Positions 54,065 through 63,620 of a stretch of DNA of 64,000 bases are shown here, piece after piece. Numbering within the stretch: position 1 is the stretch's first letter; each line of letters begins with the position of its first letter. Made by a program: the position numbers and the translations under genes. The DNA comes from Eubacteriales bacterium (GTDB taxonomy: Bacteria; Bacillota; Clostridia; Oscillospirales; CAG-272), in NCBI GenBank assembly GCA_048526005.1, contig DBFVEH010000021.1, forward strand, positions 126,362 through 190,361, written 5' to 3'. The notes under the pieces were generated by a model, which ran no database searches, had not been told where the DNA came from, and worked only from the letters and a program-made list of their open reading frames with translations.

Positions 54065-54946
54065 ATGGGAGAAACGATCATAAGAGCGGAGAATCTTTCC
54101 TTTTCCTATGAAAGCGAAGAAGAAAAGATCCCTGTTATCGAAAATTTAAATCTTGAAATTGAAAAGGGAAGCTTTGTCGCGGTGCTCGGGCATAACGGCT
54201 CCGGAAAAAGCACGCTGGCAAAGCTCATCAACCTGATTCTGACGCCGACCGCCGGAAGCCTGTATCTGTTTGGGAAAAAGGTCGATGAGAAGGAAATGTC
54301 CGAGGATGAGCTTTACGCGCTTCGCCAGCGGATCGGGATGGTGTTTCAGAATCCCGACAATCAGCTCGTCGCGACCATCGTCGAGGAGGATATCGCGTTC
54401 GGACCGGAAAATCTCGGCATCCCGCCCGCGGAGATTCGGAAGCGGGTGGACGACGCCTTGGAGATCGTCGGCATGAGCGCTTTCGCCAGACACTCGCCGC
54501 ATCAGCTCTCCGGCGGGCAGAAGCAGCGTGTGGCGATCGCCGGCATCATCGCGCTCCGTCCGGACGTTATTATATTCGACGAGGCGACGGCGATGCTCGA
54601 TCCGCGCGGCCGCGCGGATGTGCTTTCTACGATTGAAAGACTGAACCATGACTTCGGCACGACCGTTATCCATATCACGCATTATATGGAGGAGGCGATC
54701 CGCGCCGACCGCGTCATCGTGATCGACGACGGAAAAATCAGGCTCGACGGCACTCCGCGCGAGGTTTTCTCGGAGGTGGAGGCGGTCAAGTCGGCGGGAC
54801 TCGACGTTCCGCAGGTGACGGAGCTGATGCTGGCGGTGAAAAACGACGGCTTTGATGTCCCGACGGACGTTCTCACCTTTACGGAGGGCGCCGACGCGGT
54901 GGAGGCTTATATCTTACAAAGAACGGGTAAAAAGGATCATTCATGA
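54065..54946 (+). CDS. ecfA1: ECF transporter ATPase EcfA1
   Basis: GHNGSGKSTLAKL, LSGGQKQRVAIAG, IIFDEATAMLD. Start 54065 (MGETIIRAENLSF) preferred over 54050. Confidence 0.85.
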   Translation: MGETIIRAENLSFSYESEEEKIPVIENLNLEIEKGSFVAVLGHNGSGKSTLAKLINLILTPTAGSLYLFGKKVDEKEMSEDELYALRQRIGMVFQNPDNQLVATIVEEDIAFGPENLGIPPAEIRKRVDDALEIVGMSAFARHSPHQLSGGQKQRVAIAGIIALRPDVIIFDEATAMLDPRGRADVLSTIERLNHDFGTTVIHITHYMEEAIRADRVIVIDDGKIRLDGTPREVFSEVEAVKSAGLDVPQVTELMLAVKNDGFDVPTDVLTFTEGADAVEAYILQRTGKKDHS

Positions 54947-55806
54947 ACGCAGCAGAGTTACGCGGCGTATCGTATATTTACAGCGAAAACACGCCGTTTC
55001 GGAAGGTCGCTGTCAATCATATCGATATAGCATTTGAGGAAAAAATCATAACGGGAATCATCGGACACACCGGTTCCGGAAAATCGACGGTTTCGCAGCT
55101 TCTCAACGGGCTTTTGAAGCCGTCGGAGGGGACGGTCGAGATTGAGGGCAGAAATATTTGGGCGGAGCCGAAAAAAATAAAGGAAGTTCGGTTTACGGTC
55201 GGGCTGGTGTTTCAATATCCGGAATATCAGCTTTTCGAGGAGACCGTTTATAAAGACATTGCCTTCGGACCGAAGAACATGGGGCTTGACGAATCGGAAA
55301 TCGATGCGCGCGTCCGTTCTGCGGCGGAGCTTGTCGGTCTTTCGCCGGATTTTTTTGAAAAATCCCCGTTTGATCTGTCCGGCGGACAGAAGAGACGTGT
55401 GGCGATTGCCGGCGTCATGGCAATGCGACCGAAGATTTTGATTCTCGACGAACCGGCGGCGGGGCTTGACCCGCGCGGCCGGGATGAGATCATTTCAAGA
55501 ATCGTCGAATATCGGAAAAAGACAGATTCCACCGTTATCATGATCAGCCACAGCATGGAGGACATGGCGGCCTATTGCGATAAAATCCTTGTGATGAAAG
55601 AGGCGGAGCCGTTTCTTTACGGGACGCCGGCCGAGGTGTTCGGCAAGGCGGAAACGCTTGAGAGCGTGGGACTTTCCGTCCCGCAGGTCACAAAGCTCAT
55701 GATCGAGCTGCGCCGCCGCGGTTATGACGTGCGGACCGATGTGTATACTGTCCCGCAGGCCAAAGCTCAGATCGAGCGTCTGATCGGAGGTGAGGTGGGG
55801 TGCTAA
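54943..55806 (+). CDS. ecfA2: ECF transporter ATPase EcfA2
   Basis: GHTGSGKSTVSQL, LSGGQKRRVAIAG, LILDEPAAGLD. ATGA overlap with ecfA1. Confidence 0.85.
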   Translation: MNAAELRGVSYIYSENTPFRKVAVNHIDIAFEEKIITGIIGHTGSGKSTVSQLLNGLLKPSEGTVEIEGRNIWAEPKKIKEVRFTVGLVFQYPEYQLFEETVYKDIAFGPKNMGLDESEIDARVRSAAELVGLSPDFFEKSPFDLSGGQKRRVAIAGVMAMRPKILILDEPAAGLDPRGRDEIISRIVEYRKKTDSTVIMISHSMEDMAAYCDKILVMKEAEPFLYGTPAEVFGKAETLESVGLSVPQVTKLMIELRRRGYDVRTDVYTVPQAKAQIERLIGGEVGC

Positions 55807-56621
55807 AGGACATTACACTGGGACAGTTTTTCCCGGGAAAATCCATATTGCATAGACTCGATCCGCGGGTTAAGCTCATTCTCTCGATTTTATATATTGT
55901 TTTGATTTTCTTGGCAAAGGGCGTTACCGCTTATGCACTGGTTTTTCTCTTTACCGTCTTTCTCGTGATCGTCTCCGGAATTCCGGTAAAAACGATTCTG
56001 AAAAGCTTAAAGCCGATTCTGATTGTTCTGATCTTTACGGCTCTCATCAATATTTTTTGGAACGGAGGCGAAACGCCGCTTTTCACGGTTTGGAAGATCA
56101 CGATATACCGCGAGGGGGTGATCCGAGCTGCCGCGATGGCGCTGAGGATCGTGTTTCTGATGATCGGAACGAGCGTGCTTTTGACCTATACGACCTCTCC
56201 GATCGCGCTGACGGACGCGATCGAGCGGCTTCTCTCTCCGCTTCGCATCATCAAGGTTCCGGTGCATGAATTTGCGATGATGATGACCATTGCGCTGCGC
56301 TTTATTCCGACGCTCATCGAGGAAACGGATAAGATTATGAGCGCGCAGAAGGCGAGAGGCGCAGATTTTGAATCCGGCAACCTCATTGCAAGGGCAAAAG
56401 CCTTGGTGCCGGTTCTGATCCCGCTTTTTATTTCTTCCTTCCGGCGCGCCGAAGAGCTGGCGACTGCGATGGAATGCCGCTGTTACCGCGGCGGTGACGG
56501 TCGGACGCGCATGACCGTGCTCCATCTGCACGCGCGCGATCTTCTCTTTACCATGCTTGTATGCGCCGTGATTGCGGGGATCATCCTTCTGAATCTGTAT
56601 TTTCCCGTGTATACGATATAA
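55800..56621 (+). CDS. ecfT: ECF transporter transmembrane component EcfT
   Basis: GTG start. SILHRLDPRVKL..ARGADFESG.. motifs typical of EcfT/CbiQ. Confidence 0.85.
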   Translation: MLKDITLGQFFPGKSILHRLDPRVKLILSILYIVLIFLAKGVTAYALVFLFTVFLVIVSGIPVKTILKSLKPILIVLIFTALINIFWNGGETPLFTVWKITIYREGVIRAAAMALRIVFLMIGTSVLLTYTTSPIALTDAIERLLSPLRIIKVPVHEFAMMMTIALRFIPTLIEETDKIMSAQKARGADFESGNLIARAKALVPVLIPLFISSFRRAEELATAMECRCYRGGDGRTRMTVLHLHARDLLFTMLVCAVIAGIILLNLYFPVYTI

Positions 56622-56647
56622 TTTTTGTGGAAAACCGGAGGTATGTG

Positions 56648-57391
56648 ATGAAGCATCTTCTGCATCTTTCCTATCTCGGAACGAATTACTGCGGCTTTCA
56701 GGTGCAGCCGAACGGCAATACCGTGCAGGCCGAGCTGCAAAAGGCCGCGACAAGGCTTTTTTGCACCGCGTGCGGGATTACGGGCTGCAGCCGGACGGAC
56801 AGCGGCGTACACGCGCTGGAATATGCCGCCGTGCTCGAGGAGCACGGCACATCGGTTATCCCCGAGGAAGCGGTGCCGCGCGCGATGAATACCTATCTTC
56901 CGCAGGACATCTCGGTGTTTCGCAGCGAAACCGTGCCGGACGATTTTTCGATTCGGCGCCATGTCGTCGGAAAAGAGTATCTGTATCTTATTTGGAACGG
57001 CGAGCACCGCAATCCGTTTTATACGGACCGCGCTCTCTTTTATCCGAGGGAGCTCGATATGGAGAAAATTTCGGCGGCGCTCCCTCATTTTCTCGGCACG
57101 CATGATTTCCGCGCGTTTATGGCGAGCGGGAGCGAGATCGCGGAGACGACGAGAACGATTACGGATATCCGTGCCGAACGCGAGGGGGATTTTGTAAGGA
57201 TGTTTGTCTCGGCGGACGGTTTTTTATATAATATGGTAAGGATCATCGTCGGAACACTGCTTGAGGTTTCGGAGGGGCGGCTTTCTGCGGCGGATTTGCC
57301 CTCGGTCATCGCCGGCGGCAAAAGGGAAAGCGCCGGACGCACGGCGCCGCCGGAGGGACTTTATCTGCATAGGGTGTTTTTAAGACGTTGA
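56648..57391 (+). CDS. truA: tRNA pseudouridine(38-40) synthase TruA
   Basis: ORF trimmed to MKHLLHLSYLGTNYCGFQVQP..GCSRTDSGVHA. Canonical ecfT-truA order. Confidence 0.9.
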   Translation: MKHLLHLSYLGTNYCGFQVQPNGNTVQAELQKAATRLFCTACGITGCSRTDSGVHALEYAAVLEEHGTSVIPEEAVPRAMNTYLPQDISVFRSETVPDDFSIRRHVVGKEYLYLIWNGEHRNPFYTDRALFYPRELDMEKISAALPHFLGTHDFRAFMASGSEIAETTRTITDIRAEREGDFVRMFVSADGFLYNMVRIIVGTLLEVSEGRLSAADLPSVIAGGKRESAGRTAPPEGLYLHRVFLRR

Positions 57392-57418
57392 TCCGATAAC
57401 AGAGGAGGAAAATATCAG

Positions 57419-58603
57419 GTGAGCGGCGTGGTCAAGGAAGAAAAACGGGCGGCTGATTCGGAAAATTTGACAGAAAACGGTATTTATTATAAGAAATTGG
57501 CAGATAAATATAGTATTGCCGGTTTTATTCTTCTCGTCATTTCCGTCATGTTTCTGTTGGTCTTTTGTCTGGTCGGACGCCGTGAGCTCGGACTCAGTCG
57601 TTTTCGCTATCTTGTCAAAAATTTTGATCTTTGTCTTTCATCCGCGGACGCAGCGCCGTATTCCGATATCTCTTATATGGCGGGCGGCGTGAAGTTTGCG
57701 ATGTACCGCGACAATCTTGCGGTGATCGGAGCAGGCGGTGTCGAGCTGTATCATCCGTCGGGAGAGCTTTTGTTCCGCTGCGAGCTTAGCGGAAATGCCG
57801 TCGCTGTCGATGCCTCCGGAAAGTATATGGCGGTTTATGCCCCGGGCTCGGCCTCGGTGTCTCTTTATAATTCTTTCGACAAAATCCATACGGAGACCTA
57901 TGAATATCCGGTTTCTCTTGCGGCGGTCGGAAAAAACGGCGCGTTCGCCGTAGCGGTTGCACAGGGGACGTCATCTGCCGTATACGTATATGACGCCTCT
58001 TTCCGCCTCATATACACATGGAATTTTCAAAACGGGACGGTGTTTGACATATCGATCTCTTCCGACGGCGGAAAAATTGCCGTGATGATGCTTTGCGGCG
58101 CTTCCGGCTCCTATTATTCGGAGCTTGTCGTCAAAAATGTAAAAACGGACAAAACGGTGGCTTATGAGAAATTTGACGGCGTAAAACCGATAGGCGTGGA
58201 ATTTTTTTCGGACGGAGGCTTCTTTGCGGTAACGGACGGAACGCTCAATTTTTACCGCTCCGACGGGGAAAAAGCGGTACAGACGGCTATTTCCTCCGCT
58301 TCGCTGCAATTTTGCAGCGACGGAAATTCCGTCGCTGTTCTGACGTCGCCGTACCGGGCGGTCGTCTATTCGAGCCGCGGCTCCGTTTTAGACGAGGCGG
58401 CGCTCGACGGCAAAATTCTTGACATCGATTTCCGTGACGGAACGCTTTATTTTCTGTCCGATTCGATGCTGTATGTTTATCATACGGATACGAAGAATAT
58501 CCAAAGCCTAAGGCTTGACTCCGGTGCGCTCGATTTGTTCGTTCTTGCGGATGGGAGCGTTCTTGTATGCTATGCTTCAAGGCCGGAGCTTATCATGCCT
58601 TGA
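57419..58603 (+). CDS. Membrane-anchored beta-propeller-like protein (DUF5711-like, from memory)
   Basis: GTG start after GAGGAGG. One N-terminal TM segment (IAGFILLVISVMFLLVFCLV), then a repetitive beta-rich region. Confidence 0.55.
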   Translation: MSGVVKEEKRAADSENLTENGIYYKKLADKYSIAGFILLVISVMFLLVFCLVGRRELGLSRFRYLVKNFDLCLSSADAAPYSDISYMAGGVKFAMYRDNLAVIGAGGVELYHPSGELLFRCELSGNAVAVDASGKYMAVYAPGSASVSLYNSFDKIHTETYEYPVSLAAVGKNGAFAVAVAQGTSSAVYVYDASFRLIYTWNFQNGTVFDISISSDGGKIAVMMLCGASGSYYSELVVKNVKTDKTVAYEKFDGVKPIGVEFFSDGGFFAVTDGTLNFYRSDGEKAVQTAISSASLQFCSDGNSVAVLTSPYRAVVYSSRGSVLDEAALDGKILDIDFRDGTLYFLSDSMLYVYHTDTKNIQSLRLDSGALDLFVLADGSVLVCYASRPELIMP

Positions 58604-58620
58604 AAAAATGAAAGTGGGGG

Positions 58621-59301
58621 TTGAAATTGTCCGTACTTTTTGATATTATTTTAATAATCATTTTGGCGGTTTGCGCGGTGATCGGATGGAAAAAGGGCTT
58701 TATCCGTGCGCTTCGGGGCTTTGTCACTTATATCCTTTCCTTTGCCGTGGCCAATACGCTGTATCGGGTGGTCGCAAAGTCCGTCATCAAGCTGCCGTTT
58801 TTGCAGAAGATGATCACGGATGTGGAAATGCCGGAGCTGCCTGCAAACGCGACTTTCCTCGATAAGATGAGCGAGATTGTCCGATATATTTCGGGAAAAG
58901 CGTCGTTTTCCAATATAGACGAGACCTCCGAGACGGTCAAGGCGATCCTCAACAATTATATCGCCGAGCTGATCGCCTGCGTTGTCGGGTTTATCGTGAT
59001 ATTCATTGTGATGGTGCTTGTCTTAAAGCTTTTGCTTTGGATTCTCGATATGGTCGTGAGCAAAACGCCGGTGATAAGACAGGCGAACGGCTTGCTCGGC
59101 TGTATAATCGGACTTTTCACCGGACTGTTTTGGACGTGGATCGTTTCCAATATCTTTGTGAATTTTGCGCTTCCGCTCCTGAACGACAAATGGCCGACCG
59201 TTTTCGTATCTGAGATCGCGGATTCCTTTATCGTAAATTTGTGTACGAAAATCAACCCGATCACCTATTTGTTCATGCTGATCAACTTGATTTCCAATTA
59301 A
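58621..59301 (+). CDS. CvpA-family membrane protein
   Basis: TTG start after GTGGGGG. LFDIILIIILAVCAVIGWKKGFIRAL is the typical CvpA N-terminus. 4-5 TM segments. Confidence 0.65.
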   Translation: MKLSVLFDIILIIILAVCAVIGWKKGFIRALRGFVTYILSFAVANTLYRVVAKSVIKLPFLQKMITDVEMPELPANATFLDKMSEIVRYISGKASFSNIDETSETVKAILNNYIAELIACVVGFIVIFIVMVLVLKLLLWILDMVVSKTPVIRQANGLLGCIIGLFTGLFWTWIVSNIFVNFALPLLNDKWPTVFVSEIADSFIVNLCTKINPITYLFMLINLISN

Positions 59302-59321
59302 AGTCTTGAAAGGGATAAATT

Positions 59322-61646
59322 ATGCAGATGTGTTCAAGATGCCATAAGAGAATGGCGGTTCTGTTTATTACGAAGATCGAGAATAACGAAACCAAGAACG
59401 AGGGACTTTGCCTGAAATGCGCCAAGGAGCTTGGAATCCCGCAGGTGGATACCATTCTTTCCAATATGGGGATTTCGGATGACGATCTTGAAAATATGGA
59501 AAACGATCTCGAGGGGCTGATCGCTTCCGGCGAGACGGGAGGCGAGGATTCCGAGGATGAGCATGAAAGCCGCACGCCGGCGCTCGACTTTTCCAAGATT
59601 TTCGGCAATCTCCCGATCGGACCTATGCCGGGCATGGAGAAAAGCCGCGATGAACGGGAAAAAAATCAAAAAAAGAACGACAAAGCCTCCAAAAAGGAGG
59701 AGAAAAACCGGAAATTCCTCGGCAATTACTGCCGTGATCTGACTGCGGCGGCGCGCGAGGGAAAGCTTGACGCCGTCATTGGCAGGGAAAGGGAAACCGC
59801 GCGCGTCATGCAGATTCTGACGCGGCGTCAGAAAAACAATCCGTGCCTCATCGGCGAGCCGGGCGTCGGAAAAACGGCGATCGCCGAGGCGCTCGCACAG
59901 CGCATCGCGGCGGGCAGCGTGCCGTATAAGCTCCGTGACAAGGAGGTGCATCTCGTCGATTTGACGGCGCTTGTGGCCGGCACACAGTTCCGCGGACAGT
60001 TCGAGAGCCGCATGAAAGGGCTCATCGACGAGGTCAAGGCGCTCGGCAATATCATCCTTGTGATCGACGAGGTCCACAGCATCGTGGGCGTCGGCGATTC
60101 AGAGGGCAGCATGAACGCGGCGAATATTCTGAAGCCAGCGCTTTCCCGCGGGGAGATTCAGCTGATCGGCGCGACGACGCTCGCAGAATATCGGAAATAC
60201 ATCGAAAAGGATTCCGCACTGGAACGCCGCTTCCAGCCCGTCATGGTTGAGGAGCCGTCGGTCGAGGAGACGAAAAAAATCCTGTCCGGGATCAAAAAAT
60301 ACTATGAAACCTATCATAAAATCCATATTTCGGACGATATCCTCGGCCGTGCGGCGGAGCTTTCCGAACGGTATATCACCGATCGGTTCCTGCCGGATAA
60401 GGCGATCGATCTTGTCGACGAGGCGGCGGCTTATGTGGCGATGAATTCTCCCGTTCTCGACCGTGTTGCCGCGGTGGAAGCGGAGCTGAAAAAGCTGTCC
60501 GCCGCCGCATCGGAGCTTGAGCAGGCGACACCGCCTCCCGAAAATGATGAGGCGGCGATCTCCGAGCGGTATGAGAAGATCGCGTCGATCAAAGCGAGCC
60601 AGCTGAAAAATGAAGAGGAATATGCAAAGCTGCGCGAGCAGATGGCGACCGTTGAGCTTTCATTGGAAGACCTTGCTCATGTGATCGAGATCTGGACGGG
60701 GATTCCGGCGGGTTCGATCACGGCAAATGAATTTGAAAGGCTGGGCGGCCTTTCCGAGCGTCTCAAGAAACGGATCGTCGGGCAGGATGCGGCGGTCGAT
60801 GCGGTATGCCGCGCCATCAAGCGCAGCCGCGCCGGCGTGACCTATAAGAGAAAGCCCGCTTCGTTTATTTTTGCGGGACCGACGGGCGTCGGAAAAACGG
60901 AGCTTGTCAAGGTGCTGGCAGAGGATCTTTTCAATACGCCGGATGCACTGATAAGACTTGATATGTCGGAATTTATGGAGAAGCATTCCGTTTCGAGAAT
61001 GGTCGGTTCGCCTCCCGGCTACGTCGGCTATGACGACGCGGGCCAGCTGACGGAGAAGATCCGCCGTCATCCGTATTCCGTCGTCCTTTTCGATGAAATC
61101 GAAAAGGCGCATCCGGACGTGATGAATATTCTGCTGCAAATCCTTGACGACGGGAGAATCACCGATTCTCACGGCAAAGAGGTGAAATTCGACAACTGCA
61201 TCATCGTCATGACGACGAATGCCGGCTCGTCCGGCGGCGCGAATGTTCCCGGCTTCGGAAGCGATTCCGGAAAGCTTGCGGAAAACCGCACCGAAAAGGC
61301 GCTTTCCGAGTTCCTGCGGCCGGAGTTCCTCAACCGTGTGGATGAGATCATCACGTTCCGCTCGCTGGACAAGGGCGATTTTGCCGAGATTGCGAAGATC
61401 ATGCTTGGCGATCTGTCAAGAGCCTTGTGGGAAAAGGGGATCGTTCTGCGTTATACGGACGCCGTGCCGAGATATATTGCCGACCGGTCGTATTCGGTCA
61501 AATACGGCGCGAGAAACATGCGGCGCTTTATCAGCCGTGAAATCGAGGATGTGGCGGCGGAGAAGATCATTTCCGGTTACGAAAGGCATATTACGGAGAT
61601 TTCGATTGATGCCGCCGACGGGAAACTGTTGATTGATGTAAAATGA
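59322..61646 (+). CDS. Two-AAA+ Clp/Hsp100 ATPase (ClpC/ClpA-like) with an N-terminal CxxC..CxxC zinc-ribbon replacing the Clp_N repeats
   Basis: CSRCHKR..CLKCAKELG. Walker A GEPGVGKTAIAEALA and GPTGVGKTELVKVLA. Short coiled-coil M-region. VPGFG loop (possible ClpP-docking). Confidence 0.85.
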   Translation: MQMCSRCHKRMAVLFITKIENNETKNEGLCLKCAKELGIPQVDTILSNMGISDDDLENMENDLEGLIASGETGGEDSEDEHESRTPALDFSKIFGNLPIGPMPGMEKSRDEREKNQKKNDKASKKEEKNRKFLGNYCRDLTAAAREGKLDAVIGRERETARVMQILTRRQKNNPCLIGEPGVGKTAIAEALAQRIAAGSVPYKLRDKEVHLVDLTALVAGTQFRGQFESRMKGLIDEVKALGNIILVIDEVHSIVGVGDSEGSMNAANILKPALSRGEIQLIGATTLAEYRKYIEKDSALERRFQPVMVEEPSVEETKKILSGIKKYYETYHKIHISDDILGRAAELSERYITDRFLPDKAIDLVDEAAAYVAMNSPVLDRVAAVEAELKKLSAAASELEQATPPPENDEAAISERYEKIASIKASQLKNEEEYAKLREQMATVELSLEDLAHVIEIWTGIPAGSITANEFERLGGLSERLKKRIVGQDAAVDAVCRAIKRSRAGVTYKRKPASFIFAGPTGVGKTELVKVLAEDLFNTPDALIRLDMSEFMEKHSVSRMVGSPPGYVGYDDAGQLTEKIRRHPYSVVLFDEIEKAHPDVMNILLQILDDGRITDSHGKEVKFDNCIIVMTTNAGSSGGANVPGFGSDSGKLAENRTEKALSEFLRPEFLNRVDEIITFRSLDKGDFAEIAKIMLGDLSRALWEKGIVLRYTDAVPRYIADRSYSVKYGARNMRRFISREIEDVAAEKIISGYERHITEISIDAADGKLLIDVK

Positions 61647-62323
61647 CAGGTTCAATCAAAATTTTATATTCCGATACGGAAATCGCGGTTGCGGTAAAGC
61701 CGCAGGGCGTTCCGTCTCAATCCGATCATACGGGAGATGCCGCGATGCCGGCGCTTTTGTCGGAACAGCTTGGCCGTCCCGTTTTTCCCGTGCATCGGCT
61801 TGATCGGGCGGTCGGCGGCGTCATGGTATTTGCCTGCGGCAGACGTGCGGCGGCAAAGCTGTGCGCCGGCATGAGCGAGGGAGACGCGGTCAAGGAATAT
61901 TTGGCGGTCGTCCACGGCGTGCCGGAAAATCAGACGGGGGATTATCGTGATTTTCTGCTGCACGATCCGGTGAAAAACAGGACGGAGGCGGTGAGCGTAC
62001 CGCATGAAAAGGCCAAAGAGGCCTCGCTTTCCTATCGTCTTATCGACACGGTGACAGCGGAGGAGCGGTTTTCTCTGCTGCTGATCCGGCTGCATACGGG
62101 GCGGACCCATCAGATCCGTGCGCAGCTTTCGTCACGCGGGATGCCGGTCGCGGGAGACGGGAAATACGGCGCGCACGATCGCTGCGGACTTGCGCTTTGG
62201 TCCTACCGGCTGACATTCCGCCATCCTGTGACAAAGAAAAAGCTTGTCTTTGCGGAATGGCCGGAGAAAACGATGCCATGGAATCTTTTTGCCGATATGG
62301 GAATCCGGTCGGAGGAAATTTGA
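61643..62323 (+). CDS. RluA-family pseudouridine synthase
   Basis: HRLDRAVGGVMVFA catalytic Asp motif; HTGRTHQIRAQL. ATGA-type overlap with the upstream gene. Confidence 0.8.
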   Translation: MTGSIKILYSDTEIAVAVKPQGVPSQSDHTGDAAMPALLSEQLGRPVFPVHRLDRAVGGVMVFACGRRAAAKLCAGMSEGDAVKEYLAVVHGVPENQTGDYRDFLLHDPVKNRTEAVSVPHEKAKEASLSYRLIDTVTAEERFSLLLIRLHTGRTHQIRAQLSSRGMPVAGDGKYGAHDRCGLALWSYRLTFRHPVTKKKLVFAEWPEKTMPWNLFADMGIRSEEI

Positions 62324-62357
62324 ATGCCGATATCAAAAACGGCGGAAGGGAATGCTT

Positions 62358-63239
62358 ATGAAACGGACAGTCTCATTGCTTGCGGCGGCGCTGCTTGCCT
62401 TGACCTTGTTTGCCTCGTGCGGAAGGGGCGCTTCGGTGTCGATTTATAAGGTCCGCACGGCGAATGAGATCAAAAACATTTTCATTCAGAATACGGATGT
62501 GAACGCTTACCGTGAGACGGTTACTTATGTGAATCAAGACGGGAGTCCTAACTTTTCTTATGAGGTGTATTATGAGAGAGCGGCGGATATCTATGCAGGC
62601 TACAACATATGTGAGAGCATCGGAGACTATCGTCTCTATGCTTATGAGGGAGCCGTTTATGCTGACGACGGAGACGGACTTTGCGCGGTCATTCTCCTTG
62701 GGAGCACCTATCTTGAATATATCGACGATTATCTCACCGGCTCTTTTCCGCTTGATACGGACACGCTGAATCAGCAGTATTCCAAAACGGAGGAGGGCAA
62801 TACCGTCGTGGAATACCGTTCCGCCTTGACGCCGCAGCGGTTGGCTGCGCTCTCTTCTTATGGCATCGATGAGGATGGCACGGTCATTTCCAAATATACG
62901 ATCGATCCGGAGGGCTTTATCCGCTCCGTCGATTATTCCGTGTCAAATGGCACGGATACCTATCCACTCGCGGTACGTACATTTGAACGGTCGCAGGAAA
63001 AGGATGATTCTTTGTTCTCTTCGGTTTCCGGGCTTGAAGCTTCTGTTTCCGTCGATATTTTCTATGTCGGAGAGGAAAAAGAGGGAAGGCATTTTACGGT
63101 CCCGACGGGGATTTTCGTCGGCTTTGACACGGGAAGCGCGAATTATTCTTTCTATTATGACGAGGAATGTCTGCGGCCGTATTCTTATCAGGATGGAAAA
63201 ATCACGCAGGATATTGTGATTTATGCAAAGGCAAACTGA
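62358..63239 (+). CDS. Putative lipoprotein, unknown function
   Basis: ORF trimmed to MKRTVSLLAAALLALTLFASCG (lipobox) after GGAAGGG. Confidence 0.6.
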   Translation: MKRTVSLLAAALLALTLFASCGRGASVSIYKVRTANEIKNIFIQNTDVNAYRETVTYVNQDGSPNFSYEVYYERAADIYAGYNICESIGDYRLYAYEGAVYADDGDGLCAVILLGSTYLEYIDDYLTGSFPLDTDTLNQQYSKTEEGNTVVEYRSALTPQRLAALSSYGIDEDGTVISKYTIDPEGFIRSVDYSVSNGTDTYPLAVRTFERSQEKDDSLFSSVSGLEASVSVDIFYVGEEKEGRHFTVPTGIFVGFDTGSANYSFYYDEECLRPYSYQDGKITQDIVIYAKAN

Positions 63240-63278
63240 GCTTTTCAAAAGAAAAGTACAAAAAATCGGATTTGGGTA

Positions 63279-63307
63279 TTGACAAAAATCGCGGTTTATG
63301 GTATACT
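63279..63307 (+). promoter_or_regulatory. Sigma-A-type promoter of the tRNA-Thr/tRNA-Tyr unit
   Basis: TTGACA (63279-63284), 17 nt spacer, TATACT (63302-63307). Same architecture as the tRNA-Gln promoter. Confidence 0.45.
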
Positions 63308-63346
63308 TTTGTCCGTCGCAGGAATGAGTCCTCACGACGGAAAGAC

Positions 63347-63421
63347 GCTGGTGTGGCTCAATGGCAGAGCAGCTGATTTGTAATCAGCAGGTTGATGGTT
63401 CGACTCCGTTCACCAGCTCCA
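63347..63421 (+). tRNA. tRNA-Thr (anticodon TGT)
   Basis: Acceptor gctggtg/caccagc, D stem gctc/gagc, anticodon stem gctga/tcagc with loop ttTGTaa, T-loop ttcgact, encoded CCA. The T-stem has two G-U pairs. Confidence 0.85.
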
Positions 63422-63449
63422 AACACGCCGCTTCTGCGGCGTTATATTG

Positions 63450-63534
63450 GGGAGCGTTCCCGAGTGGCCAAAGGGGGCAGACTGTAAATCTGTTGCAAGT
63501 TGCTTCGGTGGTCCGAATCCACCCGCTCCCACCA
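63450..63534 (+). tRNA. tRNA-Tyr (anticodon GTA), long variable arm
   Basis: Acceptor gggagcg/cgctccc, anticodon loop ctGTAaa, variable arm gcaagttgcttc, T-arm ggtgg-tccgaat-ccacc, encoded CCA. Confidence 0.9.
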
Positions 63535-63569
63535 AATCCGACGTGTTTTGACAGGTCGGATTTTTTTTA
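63535..63569 (+). terminator. Intrinsic terminator after the tRNA pair
   Basis: aatccgac-N12-gtcggatt followed by TTTTTTT. Confidence 0.6.
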
Positions 63570-63620
63570 TAAATCAAAAACGACATGTCGTTCAATTATT
63601 TTCTTTGGAGGTATGATTCG

